This document shows, piece by piece, positions 1 to 8,417 of a stretch of 64,000 bases of DNA; position 1 is the stretch's first letter; the number at the start of each line of letters is the position of its first letter. Location: IMG/VR virus record IMGVR_UViG_3300028179_000157, one strand, 5' to 3'. Below the pieces are notes generated by a model. The model made no database searches and was not told where the DNA came from. It worked only from the letters and a program-made list of their open reading frames with translations. Made by a program: the position numbers and the translations under genes. The DNA is from an uncultured virus (IMG/VR IMGVR_UViG_3300028179_000157) (taxonomy: Duplodnaviria > Heunggongvirae > Uroviricota > Caudoviricetes).

Positions 1-1362
1 GGTCGTTCGGGTCGTTCGATGGTGAAGCGTTCGCGCGTCTACCACCGCAATGACAAGGGCAAGATCTCCGAGGCAACGAAGGACTCCGGCGAAGTGGCAA
101 TCACGACGTCGTTTGCTCCCAACCCGTTGCTGACGAACCTGTATGGCATGTCGCGCCACTACATCAAGGGTAGCGATGGTCCTGCATCGATCTTCTCCAC
201 TCCGGCGATGCTCTCGCCCACCATCGATCGTGATGACCCCAAGCGTGTGAACTTTGCGAGTATTCAGCACTCGCGCTCGATCGCTGCCGAAGGTTATCGT
301 CCCACTCCGTTGCGTACCGGCTATGAGCAGGTTATCGCTCAGCGTACCTCGGATCTGTTTGCCAAGGCGGCAGAGAAGGACGGTCGGGTGGTGAGTGTCA
401 ATGAAGACGCCATCCTGGTTGAATATGAGGACGGCACGACTGACAGCGTGGAACTGGGGCGTCGCTTTGGCATCATGGCCGGCTCGACGATCCCGCATCA
501 GCTGGAAACGATGTTGAAGGCTGGTGACACGTTCAAGCGTGGTGCCAACATCGCGTTCAACTCGATGTTCTTCGAGAAAGACCTGTACAACAAGAGCAAC
601 GTGGTGTGGAAGGCTGGCGTACTCGGCCGAGTCGCACTGATGGAAAGTGTGGATACCTTCGAAGATTCCTCGGTTGTCTCTGGACGGATGACCAAGGAGC
701 TCACTGCAAACGTTACCAAGGTTCGCGATATCCAGTTGTCCTTCGATCAGCAGATCACGGACTTCGTGAGCGTGGGTGACGTGGTGGACGTCGAAAGTAT
801 TCTATGCACCATCGAAGAGTCGACGACTGCCGACAACAAGCTGTTCGATGCAGAGTCCCGCGAAACACTGCGGCTGCTGTCGTCGCAGACTCCGCGCGCA
901 AAGGCGCACGGTGTCGTCGAAAGGATCGAAGTGCTTTACCATGGCGAGATCGAGGACATGTCCCCGTCTCTGGCAAAGGTCGCTCGTGCGTCGGATTCGG
1001 CGCGTCGGAGCCTGGCCAAGGCATCTGGTCAGCCCTACGTTTCGGGCATGGTCGATGACTCGCTCAGCATCGGTGGTCGCCCGCTGTTGATGGACAACCT
1101 TATCATCAAGGTCTACATCACCGGCAAGTCGCCCGCAGGTGTTGGTGGCAAGATCGTTCTGGGCAATCAGTTGAAGTCCATCATCGGCCGTGAAATGTCC
1201 GGTGTGAACAGGACGCTGGATGGTCAGGCAATCGATCTGTTCTTCGGGTACAAGAGTGTCAACGCGCGTATCGTGATGTCTCCTGCCTACATCGGCACGA
1301 CCAACACGATCATGATCACCGTTTCAAAGATGATGGCCGAGATCTACAGAGGGAACAAATGA
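1..1362 (+). CDS. Virion RNA polymerase beta subunit, C-terminal part (phiKZ gp178-like); 5'-truncated by the window edge
   Basis: Frame open from base 1. Beta-like motifs: DRDDPKRVNFASIQ (cf. DDANRALMGANMQ), TFEDS, VGGKIVLGNQLKSIIG (cf. GDK..RHGNKG). Followed by gp177/176/175-like genes. Confidence 0.88.
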   Translation, partial: GRSGRSMVKRSRVYHRNDKGKISEATKDSGEVAITTSFAPNPLLTNLYGMSRHYIKGSDGPASIFSTPAMLSPTIDRDDPKRVNFASIQHSRSIAAEGYRPTPLRTGYEQVIAQRTSDLFAKAAEKDGRVVSVNEDAILVEYEDGTTDSVELGRRFGIMAGSTIPHQLETMLKAGDTFKRGANIAFNSMFFEKDLYNKSNVVWKAGVLGRVALMESVDTFEDSSVVSGRMTKELTANVTKVRDIQLSFDQQITDFVSVGDVVDVESILCTIEESTTADNKLFDAESRETLRLLSSQTPRAKAHGVVERIEVLYHGEIEDMSPSLAKVARASDSARRSLAKASGQPYVSGMVDDSLSIGGRPLLMDNLIIKVYITGKSPAGVGGKIVLGNQLKSIIGREMSGVNRTLDGQAIDLFFGYKSVNARIVMSPAYIGTTNTIMITVSKMMAEIYRGNK

Positions 1363-1562
1363 GCGACATCAACCTGCAAGACACCAATCAGGCCGTGGCC
1401 AGCAACGCCATCGCACTGATCTGCGCCGTCACCAAGCGGGTGGCCGGCAATTCGGCCTCCAACCGCATCGACGGTCAGACCATCACCGACGGCTCGCTGG
1501 CTCTGGTAGTCGGCGGCAAGCTTCAGAACAAGCTGGCGCCCGTCAGCAAGAGCGAGGGCTAA
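1359..1562 (+). CDS. Small hypothetical protein (67 aa) in the vRNAP/protease operon
   Basis: ATGA overlap with the upstream stop; phage-typical codon usage. Confidence 0.7.
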   Translation: MSDINLQDTNQAVASNAIALICAVTKRVAGNSASNRIDGQTITDGSLALVVGGKLQNKLAPVSKSEG

Positions 1563-1566
1563 GGCC

Positions 1567-3003
1567 ATGCTGAACGATTCCTCCGTAGGGGCCAGCTACG
1601 CGCTGGCCGACCGTCTGGCCAGCCGTGGCGAGCGCATGGGTGCCATCGACGGCACTCCGCTGGCCTCGCTGCTGAACGCGTGCTACGTCGACGTCCCGCG
1701 TGGCGAAGGCGACACCGAACTGCAGGCGCCGTACGTCCTCAACAGCCGTCGTGTCGATGAACGTGGCGTGTGCGAGCATGACCTGGTGATGGAAGAAGCG
1801 GCGAGCGTCATTGCCGAGACCACCATCAAGAACCTGGACTGGGCCCGTGACGTGGTCGTTCCGACCATCGATGAAGTGCTGGCCGGTGTGGACAAGTACG
1901 TCGCCGAGCGTATCGGCGGCCTGAGCGACGCTGTCCGCGTGGAACCGCAGTTCTGGCCGCGCATCTGGGACAACCCGATGCTGTCGGAAATGGTCGCCCC
2001 CTACGCCGATCGCGTGGCTGCAGAGTTCCTGCCGACGCGTCCGGTGTTCCCGCGTGCCGAGACTGCCGAAGAGTCGATCAAGGTCATGCTGACCGGCATC
2101 GGTTCGATCGACGCTGACGTGGAGGCCCTGGCCTCCGAGCTCAACAGCGGCTCCACCAACGACCTGACCCGCTACATCTACAACAAGGTCTTCTCCACCG
2201 AGCAGGGCGCCGAGAACGAAGCGCTGGTCAGCGACTCCATCGGCAATGCCAACACCCGCCTGGTCGAGTTCCTGATGGCCCGCAACCTCTTCATGTCCAT
2301 GCCCGAAGGCATGACTGACGAGTCGTCCTACCGGGCGCAGATGAGCGAAGTGATGGCCACCCTGGGTCGCATCGTGCATCGTGCCCTGATCGACCGCGGC
2401 GTGCGTGAGCAGTCCAAGCGTCTGAACCCGATCTACCCGACCGGTCCGTCCACCGATCCGAACTACCCGACCATCATCTACGTGGACGGCGACGTCTACA
2501 CCAAGTACTTCTTGGAAGAAGGTGGCTCGCCGGAAGTTCTGCTCGGTGCGCTGGTCACCGATCGCGAGACCAAGATCGAAGCGCTGCTGGCGCAGGCTGA
2601 CCGCTACACCAAGGCCTGGGCGAACGAGCAGCGTATGGTTGCCATGCGCGTGGAGAACAACAAGCTCGACGTGGTGCGCAACGCCTTCGCAGTCGTGCTG
2701 CGTGAAGTGGCCGGCAAGATCCCCGAAGAGCTCGAACCGCTCGACGTGACCGTGCAGGGCAAGCGCATCGACGAGATGCTGGGTACGCTGGCTGGCCGTG
2801 ACATGGACAACCTGTACCTGACCGCCCGTCACCTGGTGTGCACGCTGTTCTTCCCGCACACCATGGCGTACAAGCTGCTGGTGGCATTCGACGACGCTCG
2901 TCGTGTCAACCCCGATCTGGAACCGCGCGACGCTGCGCTGTTGGCCTCCATCGACATCCTCGTCGATTGGGTTGCCGCCCAGATCACCATCGACAAGGTG
3001 TAA
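1567..3003 (+). CDS. Putative virion structural protein (phiKZ gp177-like, 478 aa)
   Basis: Strong codon bias; sits between the vRNAP beta and gp176-like genes. Confidence 0.6.
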   Translation: MLNDSSVGASYALADRLASRGERMGAIDGTPLASLLNACYVDVPRGEGDTELQAPYVLNSRRVDERGVCEHDLVMEEAASVIAETTIKNLDWARDVVVPTIDEVLAGVDKYVAERIGGLSDAVRVEPQFWPRIWDNPMLSEMVAPYADRVAAEFLPTRPVFPRAETAEESIKVMLTGIGSIDADVEALASELNSGSTNDLTRYIYNKVFSTEQGAENEALVSDSIGNANTRLVEFLMARNLFMSMPEGMTDESSYRAQMSEVMATLGRIVHRALIDRGVREQSKRLNPIYPTGPSTDPNYPTIIYVDGDVYTKYFLEEGGSPEVLLGALVTDRETKIEALLAQADRYTKAWANEQRMVAMRVENNKLDVVRNAFAVVLREVAGKIPEELEPLDVTVQGKRIDEMLGTLAGRDMDNLYLTARHLVCTLFFPHTMAYKLLVAFDDARRVNPDLEPRDAALLASIDILVDWVAAQITIDKV

Positions 3004-3008
3004 GCTAA

Positions 3009-3743
3009 ATGGACCTGAAAGCTCTGTTCTTCAACAACCGTGATGCGAGTAAGGTCCATGCTGCTCTGAAGGAACTGGACAACGGCCAACTGATGGCGCT
3101 CAAGGATTGCAAGATCTACATCCCCGAGCGCTATACCGAGAAGAGCCTGGCCTTCCTGGGTCAGGAGGTTTACATCCTCGGTATCTTCGGCATCGTCGTC
3201 GAAGGTCAGTGGGCCGGTGTCTCCTCCGCTACGTCCATCATGCGCATCGAGCCGACCAGCACCGATCGCGTGGACATCGATGGTGAGCGCTACATGGAGT
3301 TCTTCTTCGAGAAGGGCTCCACGATCGTGGCAAACGTCAACCTCGTCAAGACCGACACGTTGATCTACCTGATCTTCGATGAGTTCCACTCCAAGGGTAA
3401 CGTGCCGTTCTACATGAACCTGGAGGACGTGGCACGGGTGTACCAGTCGGCAAGCTATCACGCCGGCATGGGCATCTGTGACAACCACGTCATCATGGAG
3501 ATGTTCACCGCGTCCATTGCGCGTGATGCCAAGGACATGAACAAGCTGGCTCGCCAGACCTTGTCCAACCGGTTGGAAATCTTCAAGAACCCTCCGGTGT
3601 TCGTGCCGTTCCGGTCCGTGACCTTCGGCGCTTCCAACACCCTGTCCAAGTTGATGGGTAACTACTTCGATGAAGGCCTGAATAGCGCGCTGCGTAATCC
3701 CAGCACGCGTTCGGAACGAATCGAACAGATGCTCCTGACGTAA
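3009..3743 (+). CDS. Virion RNA polymerase beta' C-terminal fragment subunit (phiKZ gp176-like)
   Basis: 244 aa; C-terminal FVPFRSVTFGASNTLSKLMGNYFDEGL resembles the beta' C-terminal region; directly upstream of the prohead protease, as in phiKZ. Confidence 0.75.
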   Translation: MDLKALFFNNRDASKVHAALKELDNGQLMALKDCKIYIPERYTEKSLAFLGQEVYILGIFGIVVEGQWAGVSSATSIMRIEPTSTDRVDIDGERYMEFFFEKGSTIVANVNLVKTDTLIYLIFDEFHSKGNVPFYMNLEDVARVYQSASYHAGMGICDNHVIMEMFTASIARDAKDMNKLARQTLSNRLEIFKNPPVFVPFRSVTFGASNTLSKLMGNYFDEGLNSALRNPSTRSERIEQMLLT

Positions 3744-3754
3744 AGGATCTTCCA

Positions 3755-4522
3755 ATGAGCTACATGGGCGCAAAGCCTGTCCAGTCGGCCAAGTACGAAT
3801 GTACTGCGCTGGTTGGCGTCAACAAGGCCGGTACGCTGAAGGCTGATGCACGCGGGTACTACGACAACGTGGTGCTCGGTGCGTTCGACTACCACAACAG
3901 CTCCGGTGCTTTCTATCCCTTCGAGGATGCCAAGCACCTGTTTGAATCTTCCTCGCCGCTGATGCGCAAGATTGCCACCGGCAACCTGCGTGGCGAGTAC
4001 GGTCATCCGCGCAAGGGTGACATGGACATGCGGCAGTTCATCAACCGCGTCTGCGACATCTACGAGCCGAACATCTCCCACCACGTTGCCCACGTGCGCA
4101 TCGACAACATCCGTGAAGCCTCCGGGCGTCAGGTGATCGCTGTGCTGGGTCGTGTCAAGCCTGCCGGTCCGATGGGTCCGGCGCTGCGTGAAGCGTTCGA
4201 GAACCCAGAAGAAGATGTCTGCTTCTCGGTTCGTTCGCTGACCGAAGATGGCTGGGTGGGCAATGTTCTCCACAAGCGCATGAAGTCCCTGGTCACCTGG
4301 GACTACGTGAATGAACCGGGTATCGCCGTGGCTCGCAAGTGGAACAACCCCTCGCTGGAATCGTTCGCCATTTCGCCGCAGCAGCTGCGCATGGCACGCG
4401 ACATCCAGATGAAGGCAAGCAATGGCATGGAGTCTGCAGCCTGCTCGATGCTGAACCAGATCGAACGCGACCTGGGCTGGGCTGGCGGTAGCAACCGTCC
4501 GCCGAGCGCTGACTGGAAGTAA
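3755..4522 (+). CDS. Prohead/head maturation serine protease (phiKZ gp175-like)
   Basis: GEYGHP (catalytic His), CFSVRS (catalytic Ser), TWDYVNEPGI (Asp), typical of T4 gp21/phiKZ gp175 proteases. Confidence 0.9.
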   Translation: MSYMGAKPVQSAKYECTALVGVNKAGTLKADARGYYDNVVLGAFDYHNSSGAFYPFEDAKHLFESSSPLMRKIATGNLRGEYGHPRKGDMDMRQFINRVCDIYEPNISHHVAHVRIDNIREASGRQVIAVLGRVKPAGPMGPALREAFENPEEDVCFSVRSLTEDGWVGNVLHKRMKSLVTWDYVNEPGIAVARKWNNPSLESFAISPQQLRMARDIQMKASNGMESAACSMLNQIERDLGWAGGSNRPPSADWK

Positions 4523-4544
4523 TTTCTTACAGCCAGATGCCATC

Positions 4545-5135
4545 ATGTGGGAGAGTGCTTTCCCCAGCTCTCTCCCATCGGCCGAGCCGACCTAACTGTG
4601 TAGGCTTAGAGAAGGTGGACCGCGGACTGCTTAATGCACAGTGCCATGGTTCTTAACAGTAAGCGGAACGCGCAAACGTTCCGAAGTTGTAGTCTCATGA
4701 GTCGCACCCCAGCGACTAGCCGCCGCATACCCCATGCGGCCGCAACGTGACATGAGAATGCAGCCTTCAGTAATCCCGTAGCCGGTCTGCAGCTGGCCAC
4801 TTGGATTACTGCTGGGTGCAGTCTTGCATCAATGCAGTATTGTATAGACAGTCGAGCAAAATCTTGGTCTTGTTCTGGTGGCCTGAATAACCACCCTTGA
4901 TCTAGGCTATACCGCGGACCCTCGGAAAGTCCCAATGGTTAACTAGCTATCTTTCCTGTCGAACTGATCCTCTGGTCTGAGCAATTCGACCACAGGCTGT
5001 TGAACCTTCGAGTTCAGCCTACAGCCGTTTCAATTTGGAGACGGCTGTGGGAAGCGCTTATCGCTTCACGCGGATTGGTCCACTACCACCGCAAACGACA
5101 CGAAAACTAACAGGGCTAATGTCCTGAATTGCCTA
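4545..5135 (+). ncRNA. Large structured non-coding RNA (~590 nt), family unassigned
   Basis: No credible ORF; more than 12 visible helices including long-range closures (4614-4621/5077-5084, 4621-4625/4912-4916, 4601-4605/5131-5135); G-U pairs and a UUCG loop favour the + strand; followed by a terminator-like hairpin. Confidence 0.75.
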
Positions 5136-5137
5136 GC

Positions 5138-5195
5138 GGCATAAAAGCAGGCTGAGGACCACGGTTGCGACCGTGCGATCCTCAGCCTTTATGCC
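5138..5195 (+). terminator. GGCATA-hairpin-TATGCC terminator-like element closing the ncRNA
   Basis: AGGCTGAGGA..TCCTCAGCCT stem flanked by GGCATAAA / TTTATGCC. Confidence 0.7.
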
Positions 5196-5284
5196 CTTTG
5201 CCAATATTCGATGCCAATATCTTTCGCTTACATACTACAGACATAGTACTACTCGCTAGGAAACTGTCACGCTTTTCAGCATCT

Positions 5285-5323
5285 CGATTCAAAACACTTT
5301 GAAGCATATATCATCCAATTGAC
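5285..5323 (+). promoter_or_regulatory. Putative early (vRNAP) promoter, near-duplicate of the chimallin promoter
   Basis: AAGCATATATCATCCAATTGAC (5302-5323) is identical to 34938-34959; TATATCA core resembles the phiKZ early motif TATATTAC. Confidence 0.7.
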
Positions 5324-5427
5324 CTACCAACGCAGTAACATCCCATCCCTAAAAAAGTACATCGCAGTGCTACACTGTGAAGTGCCCTGCTGGGTAGTTC
5401 GTCCCTAATCATACTGGAAAGAGCACC

Positions 5428-5907
5428 ATGTCCAACGAAAAGATCGCCATCATCGAAGACGCCAAGACCCGTGAGCATGCGGATCGCATCAAGAAGGAAC
5501 TGTCGTACAACGACCACGGCCAGGCGCCGGAACTGGGCGATGTCATCTGCAACCCGATCTTCGAAGAGTTCGGCATCACCCCGCAGATCCTGGGCAACCT
5601 GAAGAATGCGCGCAACCTGATCGTCGCCTCCTCCGGCCTGGCCACGGGCGAGAAGTCCAACACCGAACTGAACAACAACAAGGCGATCGACCGGACCGTG
5701 CTGTCCTTCGACCTGGCCGGCGACCGCGTGACCCACACCTACCTGCGTTCGCGCGAAAGCAACGATCCGCAGACCAAGGGCAAGACCATCGTCAAGAAGG
5801 GCGCCCTGTCGACCAACTACACCGCTCGCGCCGGCGACAGCAGCCGCGGCCTGCTCAAGCAGGTCAAGCGCAGCCTGAACGTGCTCGCCGAAGAAGTGCT
5901 GAAGTAA
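5428..5907 (+). CDS. Hypothetical protein (159 aa), probably highly expressed
   Basis: Very strong C/G-ending codon bias; has its own promoter and terminator. Confidence 0.8.
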   Translation: MSNEKIAIIEDAKTREHADRIKKELSYNDHGQAPELGDVICNPIFEEFGITPQILGNLKNARNLIVASSGLATGEKSNTELNNNKAIDRTVLSFDLAGDRVTHTYLRSRESNDPQTKGKTIVKKGALSTNYTARAGDSSRGLLKQVKRSLNVLAEEVLK

Positions 5908-5934
5908 TCCAGCGCCGGCCTGCAACATGGATAC

Positions 5935-5969
5935 GGGCCAGGGGAGCGATGCTCCCCTGGCTCTATGCC
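5935..5969 (+). terminator. Hairpin + TATGCC element
   Basis: GCCAGGGGAGC-GAT-GCTCCCCTGGC then TCTATGCC. Confidence 0.7.
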
Positions 5970-5999
5970 GAATACGACAAGTGAACAAGGGGAATTGAA

Positions 6000-6626
6000 A
6001 TGCAGAAAGAACGTGCGGAGTACATCCAGAGACCTGACGTTATCGAGAAGGTCCAGCGACTCCGCGACTACGCCTACACCGACAGCGAGATCGTCCAAGA
6101 GCTTTCCAAGAAGCTCGCCCCTGCGATGAACTCCAAGGGCGGCGTGTTCAACCGCCTGGACCTGTTCCACATCAAGACCGATTTCGAACACCTCAAGATC
6201 GACCAGCCTGAGACTGAAGAACAGAAGCAGCAGGCCAAAACGGAGAAGTACCTGAGCGAGTCCTGCTACCTGATCCTGGGTAGCGAAACGACTGAAGCAT
6301 TCGACACGGCAGCGGCCGTGGTGATCGATCCTTTCGGTCACATCAAAGCCAATCTGCGGGCATTCAAGTCGGTCATGTCGGTGGTTACGTCAACCCTCGA
6401 AGAGCGCGCAGTTGAAGACATCGTCGAATCCATGACCAAGCTTCTGTCCATTTACAACAAGTGGGCACTTGGTCGTTCGGATGACCAGCAGCAGATGCAT
6501 GAACTGACCAACGGCTTCCGTGCCGTGTATCGTCGGATCATCTCAGGTCAGCCGGCCCCGGCGAGTATCCAGACCTTCTGGGATCGTCACTTCGGGCACG
6601 CTGCACTTGAAGACGCTGAAGAATAA
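6000..6626 (+). CDS. Hypothetical protein (208 aa)
   Basis: ORF with purine-rich RBS (AAGGGG); no recognisable motif. Confidence 0.75.
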   Translation: MQKERAEYIQRPDVIEKVQRLRDYAYTDSEIVQELSKKLAPAMNSKGGVFNRLDLFHIKTDFEHLKIDQPETEEQKQQAKTEKYLSESCYLILGSETTEAFDTAAAVVIDPFGHIKANLRAFKSVMSVVTSTLEERAVEDIVESMTKLLSIYNKWALGRSDDQQQMHELTNGFRAVYRRIISGQPAPASIQTFWDRHFGHAALEDAEE

Positions 6627-6643
6627 TTGCTTGAAGAAGGGCA

Positions 6644-6738
6644 AGGAGTCGTCGCCTCTTGGCGGCTCCTTTTTTTTTTGTCTGTTTTTTTTTGTCGTGC
6701 GACATAGAGGGAGGGGCACGAGCCCCTCCCCTTATGCC
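6644..6738. terminator. Tandem terminators at a convergent junction: a poly-T intrinsic hairpin plus a bidirectional GACATA-hairpin-TATGCC element
   Basis: AGGAGTCGTC..GGCGGCTCCT + T10 (6644-6679); GACATA..GGGAGGGGC..GCCCCTCCC..TATGCC (6701-6738). Confidence 0.8.
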
Positions 6739-6740
6739 GT

Positions 6741-8417
6741 TTACAGCTGGTTGGCAACCTGGTTGATGTGCACCGGCAGTGCCGAGATACCCAGCTGGTA
6801 ACCAGCGGTGGGTTCACGACGCAGGAACCGGATGTAGACCAACTGACCCTGGAGCAGATCGTTGGGCACCAGCAGCTCAGCATTCCACTGGCTGATCGGG
6901 TACTCGATCTCGCGTCCACCGAACACCAGCACGAAGTAGTTCGGCTCGGGAGCCCGTGCTTCGCGCTCTGCGTTGTACAGCGGCTGGGTGTTGTAGAACA
7001 CCTCGTCCAGCCAACGCTGCAGGTTCGGCAAGCCGCAGTCGATCTTCAGCTTCCACTGGTTCACATTGACGAAGGTCATCTTCGCCGACAGACCCAGACC
7101 GTACGGCGGATCCTGACCCGGCGAGAAACCGATGGACCAGTTGTTCGTGTTCTGCGAACCCGGCGCCAGCAGTGCGACCTCGAAGGTCTGCGGGTGACGG
7201 TACGCAGCGAACTTGCCATCGACCTTGTTCAGGTCAACCACGTAGCGCAGCTTCTGCACGACACCGAAGGCGGTGCCATCGAACGGAGCGGAGCCCTCGG
7301 CCAACTCGATGAGCGAGGTGACGTTGTAGACTTCTTCACGGTCGAGGTTGTACAGGAAGAACTGCATGCGGTAACCGACCAATGCCGACACCCACGTCGG
7401 GTAGGCGAACAGCTTGACGCTGTAGGCACCATCCAACATGCGCGTACGGGCCCAGTAACGCTCGCTCATGTGCTTGTTGATCGAGGGGCTGGCATTGTAG
7501 GTGTACTCCTCCGGACCGAGCTTGTAGGCCAGCGAGAGAGGAATGACCTGGTCTTCGATCGACGCCACGTAGTTGTCGATGCCGTACAGGTTGAACTTGG
7601 TGCCGTCGATGGGGATACGGCGCTTGGAACCATCGCTGTAGTTCACCACGCCCATCAGCTGCAGACCAGCCACCGGCAGGTTGATCGGGAAGTCCAGATA
7701 CTTCGGATCGGCGTTGGAGAGGAACGGGGAATCGATGGCGATGGAGGAGATGTACTTCTTGCCTTCCTCGCTCGCCCGGATCCAACCGGTGTTGTAGATG
7801 GTGAACTTCTGGATCGAAAGCGGGCCGCCTTCGTCATCGTACACCACCAGCGTCACCAGGTCGCCGTCTTCCAGCTTCTGCATGGTGTAACCACGCATGC
7901 ACGCCTTGACCGAGATGTTCTGGCTGTCCTTGTGTTCCATGGCGACCAGTTCCAGCGGGATGTAATCGCCGAGGAACGAACCGTTCATGTAGTACGCGGA
8001 GATCACCTCACCGGTCTGGCCGATGTTGGTGCCCTTGAACACCTTGTAGCGGGTGGCGTCCTTGCCGTACAGGCGCGTACGACGATCCGGCTGCAGGCCG
8101 TGCGGGATGACCGAGGTGTCCAGCAGCATGCGGAAGGATTCGGAGCGGTAGCCCGGACCCATGCCCAGCAGGATATCGAACTCGTCGGTGATGCCGCCCT
8201 GGCTCGGGCCAACATGCGACTTCAGCTTGGAGATGGAAGTCGTGTAGTCCACTTCGGTTACACGGAACAGGCCTTCCACCCAGGACCAGACCGCATCGCC
8301 AACGTTGGGAACGTATCGACCATCGGTACTGTGACCGAAGATCTCCTCGATGCTCCAAACGCGGAACGAGCGATCCGGATCTTGGATGGGGACCAACGGC
8401 TCTTTGATCTCAGCCAT
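6741..8417 (-). CDS. Virion structural protein, probably baseplate/tail (phiKZ gp26-like, 558 aa)
   Basis: Size and order match the reverse-strand trio divergent from the sheath in phiKZ-like phages. Confidence 0.7.
   Translation of the reverse strand: MAEIKEPLVPIQDPDRSFRVWSIEEIFGHSTDGRYVPNVGDAVWSWVEGLFRVTEVDYTTSISKLKSHVGPSQGGITDEFDILLGMGPGYRSESFRMLLDTSVIPHGLQPDRRTRLYGKDATRYKVFKGTNIGQTGEVISAYYMNGSFLGDYIPLELVAMEHKDSQNISVKACMRGYTMQKLEDGDLVTLVVYDDEGGPLSIQKFTIYNTGWIRASEEGKKYISSIAIDSPFLSNADPKYLDFPINLPVAGLQLMGVVNYSDGSKRRIPIDGTKFNLYGIDNYVASIEDQVIPLSLAYKLGPEEYTYNASPSINKHMSERYWARTRMLDGAYSVKLFAYPTWVSALVGYRMQFFLYNLDREEVYNVTSLIELAEGSAPFDGTAFGVVQKLRYVVDLNKVDGKFAAYRHPQTFEVALLAPGSQNTNNWSIGFSPGQDPPYGLGLSAKMTFVNVNQWKLKIDCGLPNLQRWLDEVFYNTQPLYNAEREARAPEPNYFVLVFGGREIEYPISQWNAELLVPNDLLQGQLVYIRFLRREPTAGYQLGISALPVHINQVANQL

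Noticed and set aside
1..20. GGTCGTTCG tandem repeat at the window start
   Set aside because: Two copies encoding Gly-Arg-Ser inside the vRNAP ORF; ordinary coding sequence.
4606..4935. 109-aa minus-strand ORF over the structured RNA
   Set aside because: TTG start, no RBS, no codon bias; pairing and G-U asymmetry are better explained by a + strand RNA.
5091..5110. GCAAACGAC...GAAAACTA resembles the tmRNA tag start (ANDENY)
   Set aside because: Reads ANDTKTN without the Ala-rich end; no tRNA-like domain, T-loop or CCA terminus found.
4545..5135. Group I/II intron, CRISPR array or tRNA cluster as the identity of the structured region
   Set aside because: It interrupts no gene, and I see no domain V or P7 consensus, no repeat-spacer periodicity and no cloverleaf or T-loop. 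A covariance search is still needed to exclude these formally.
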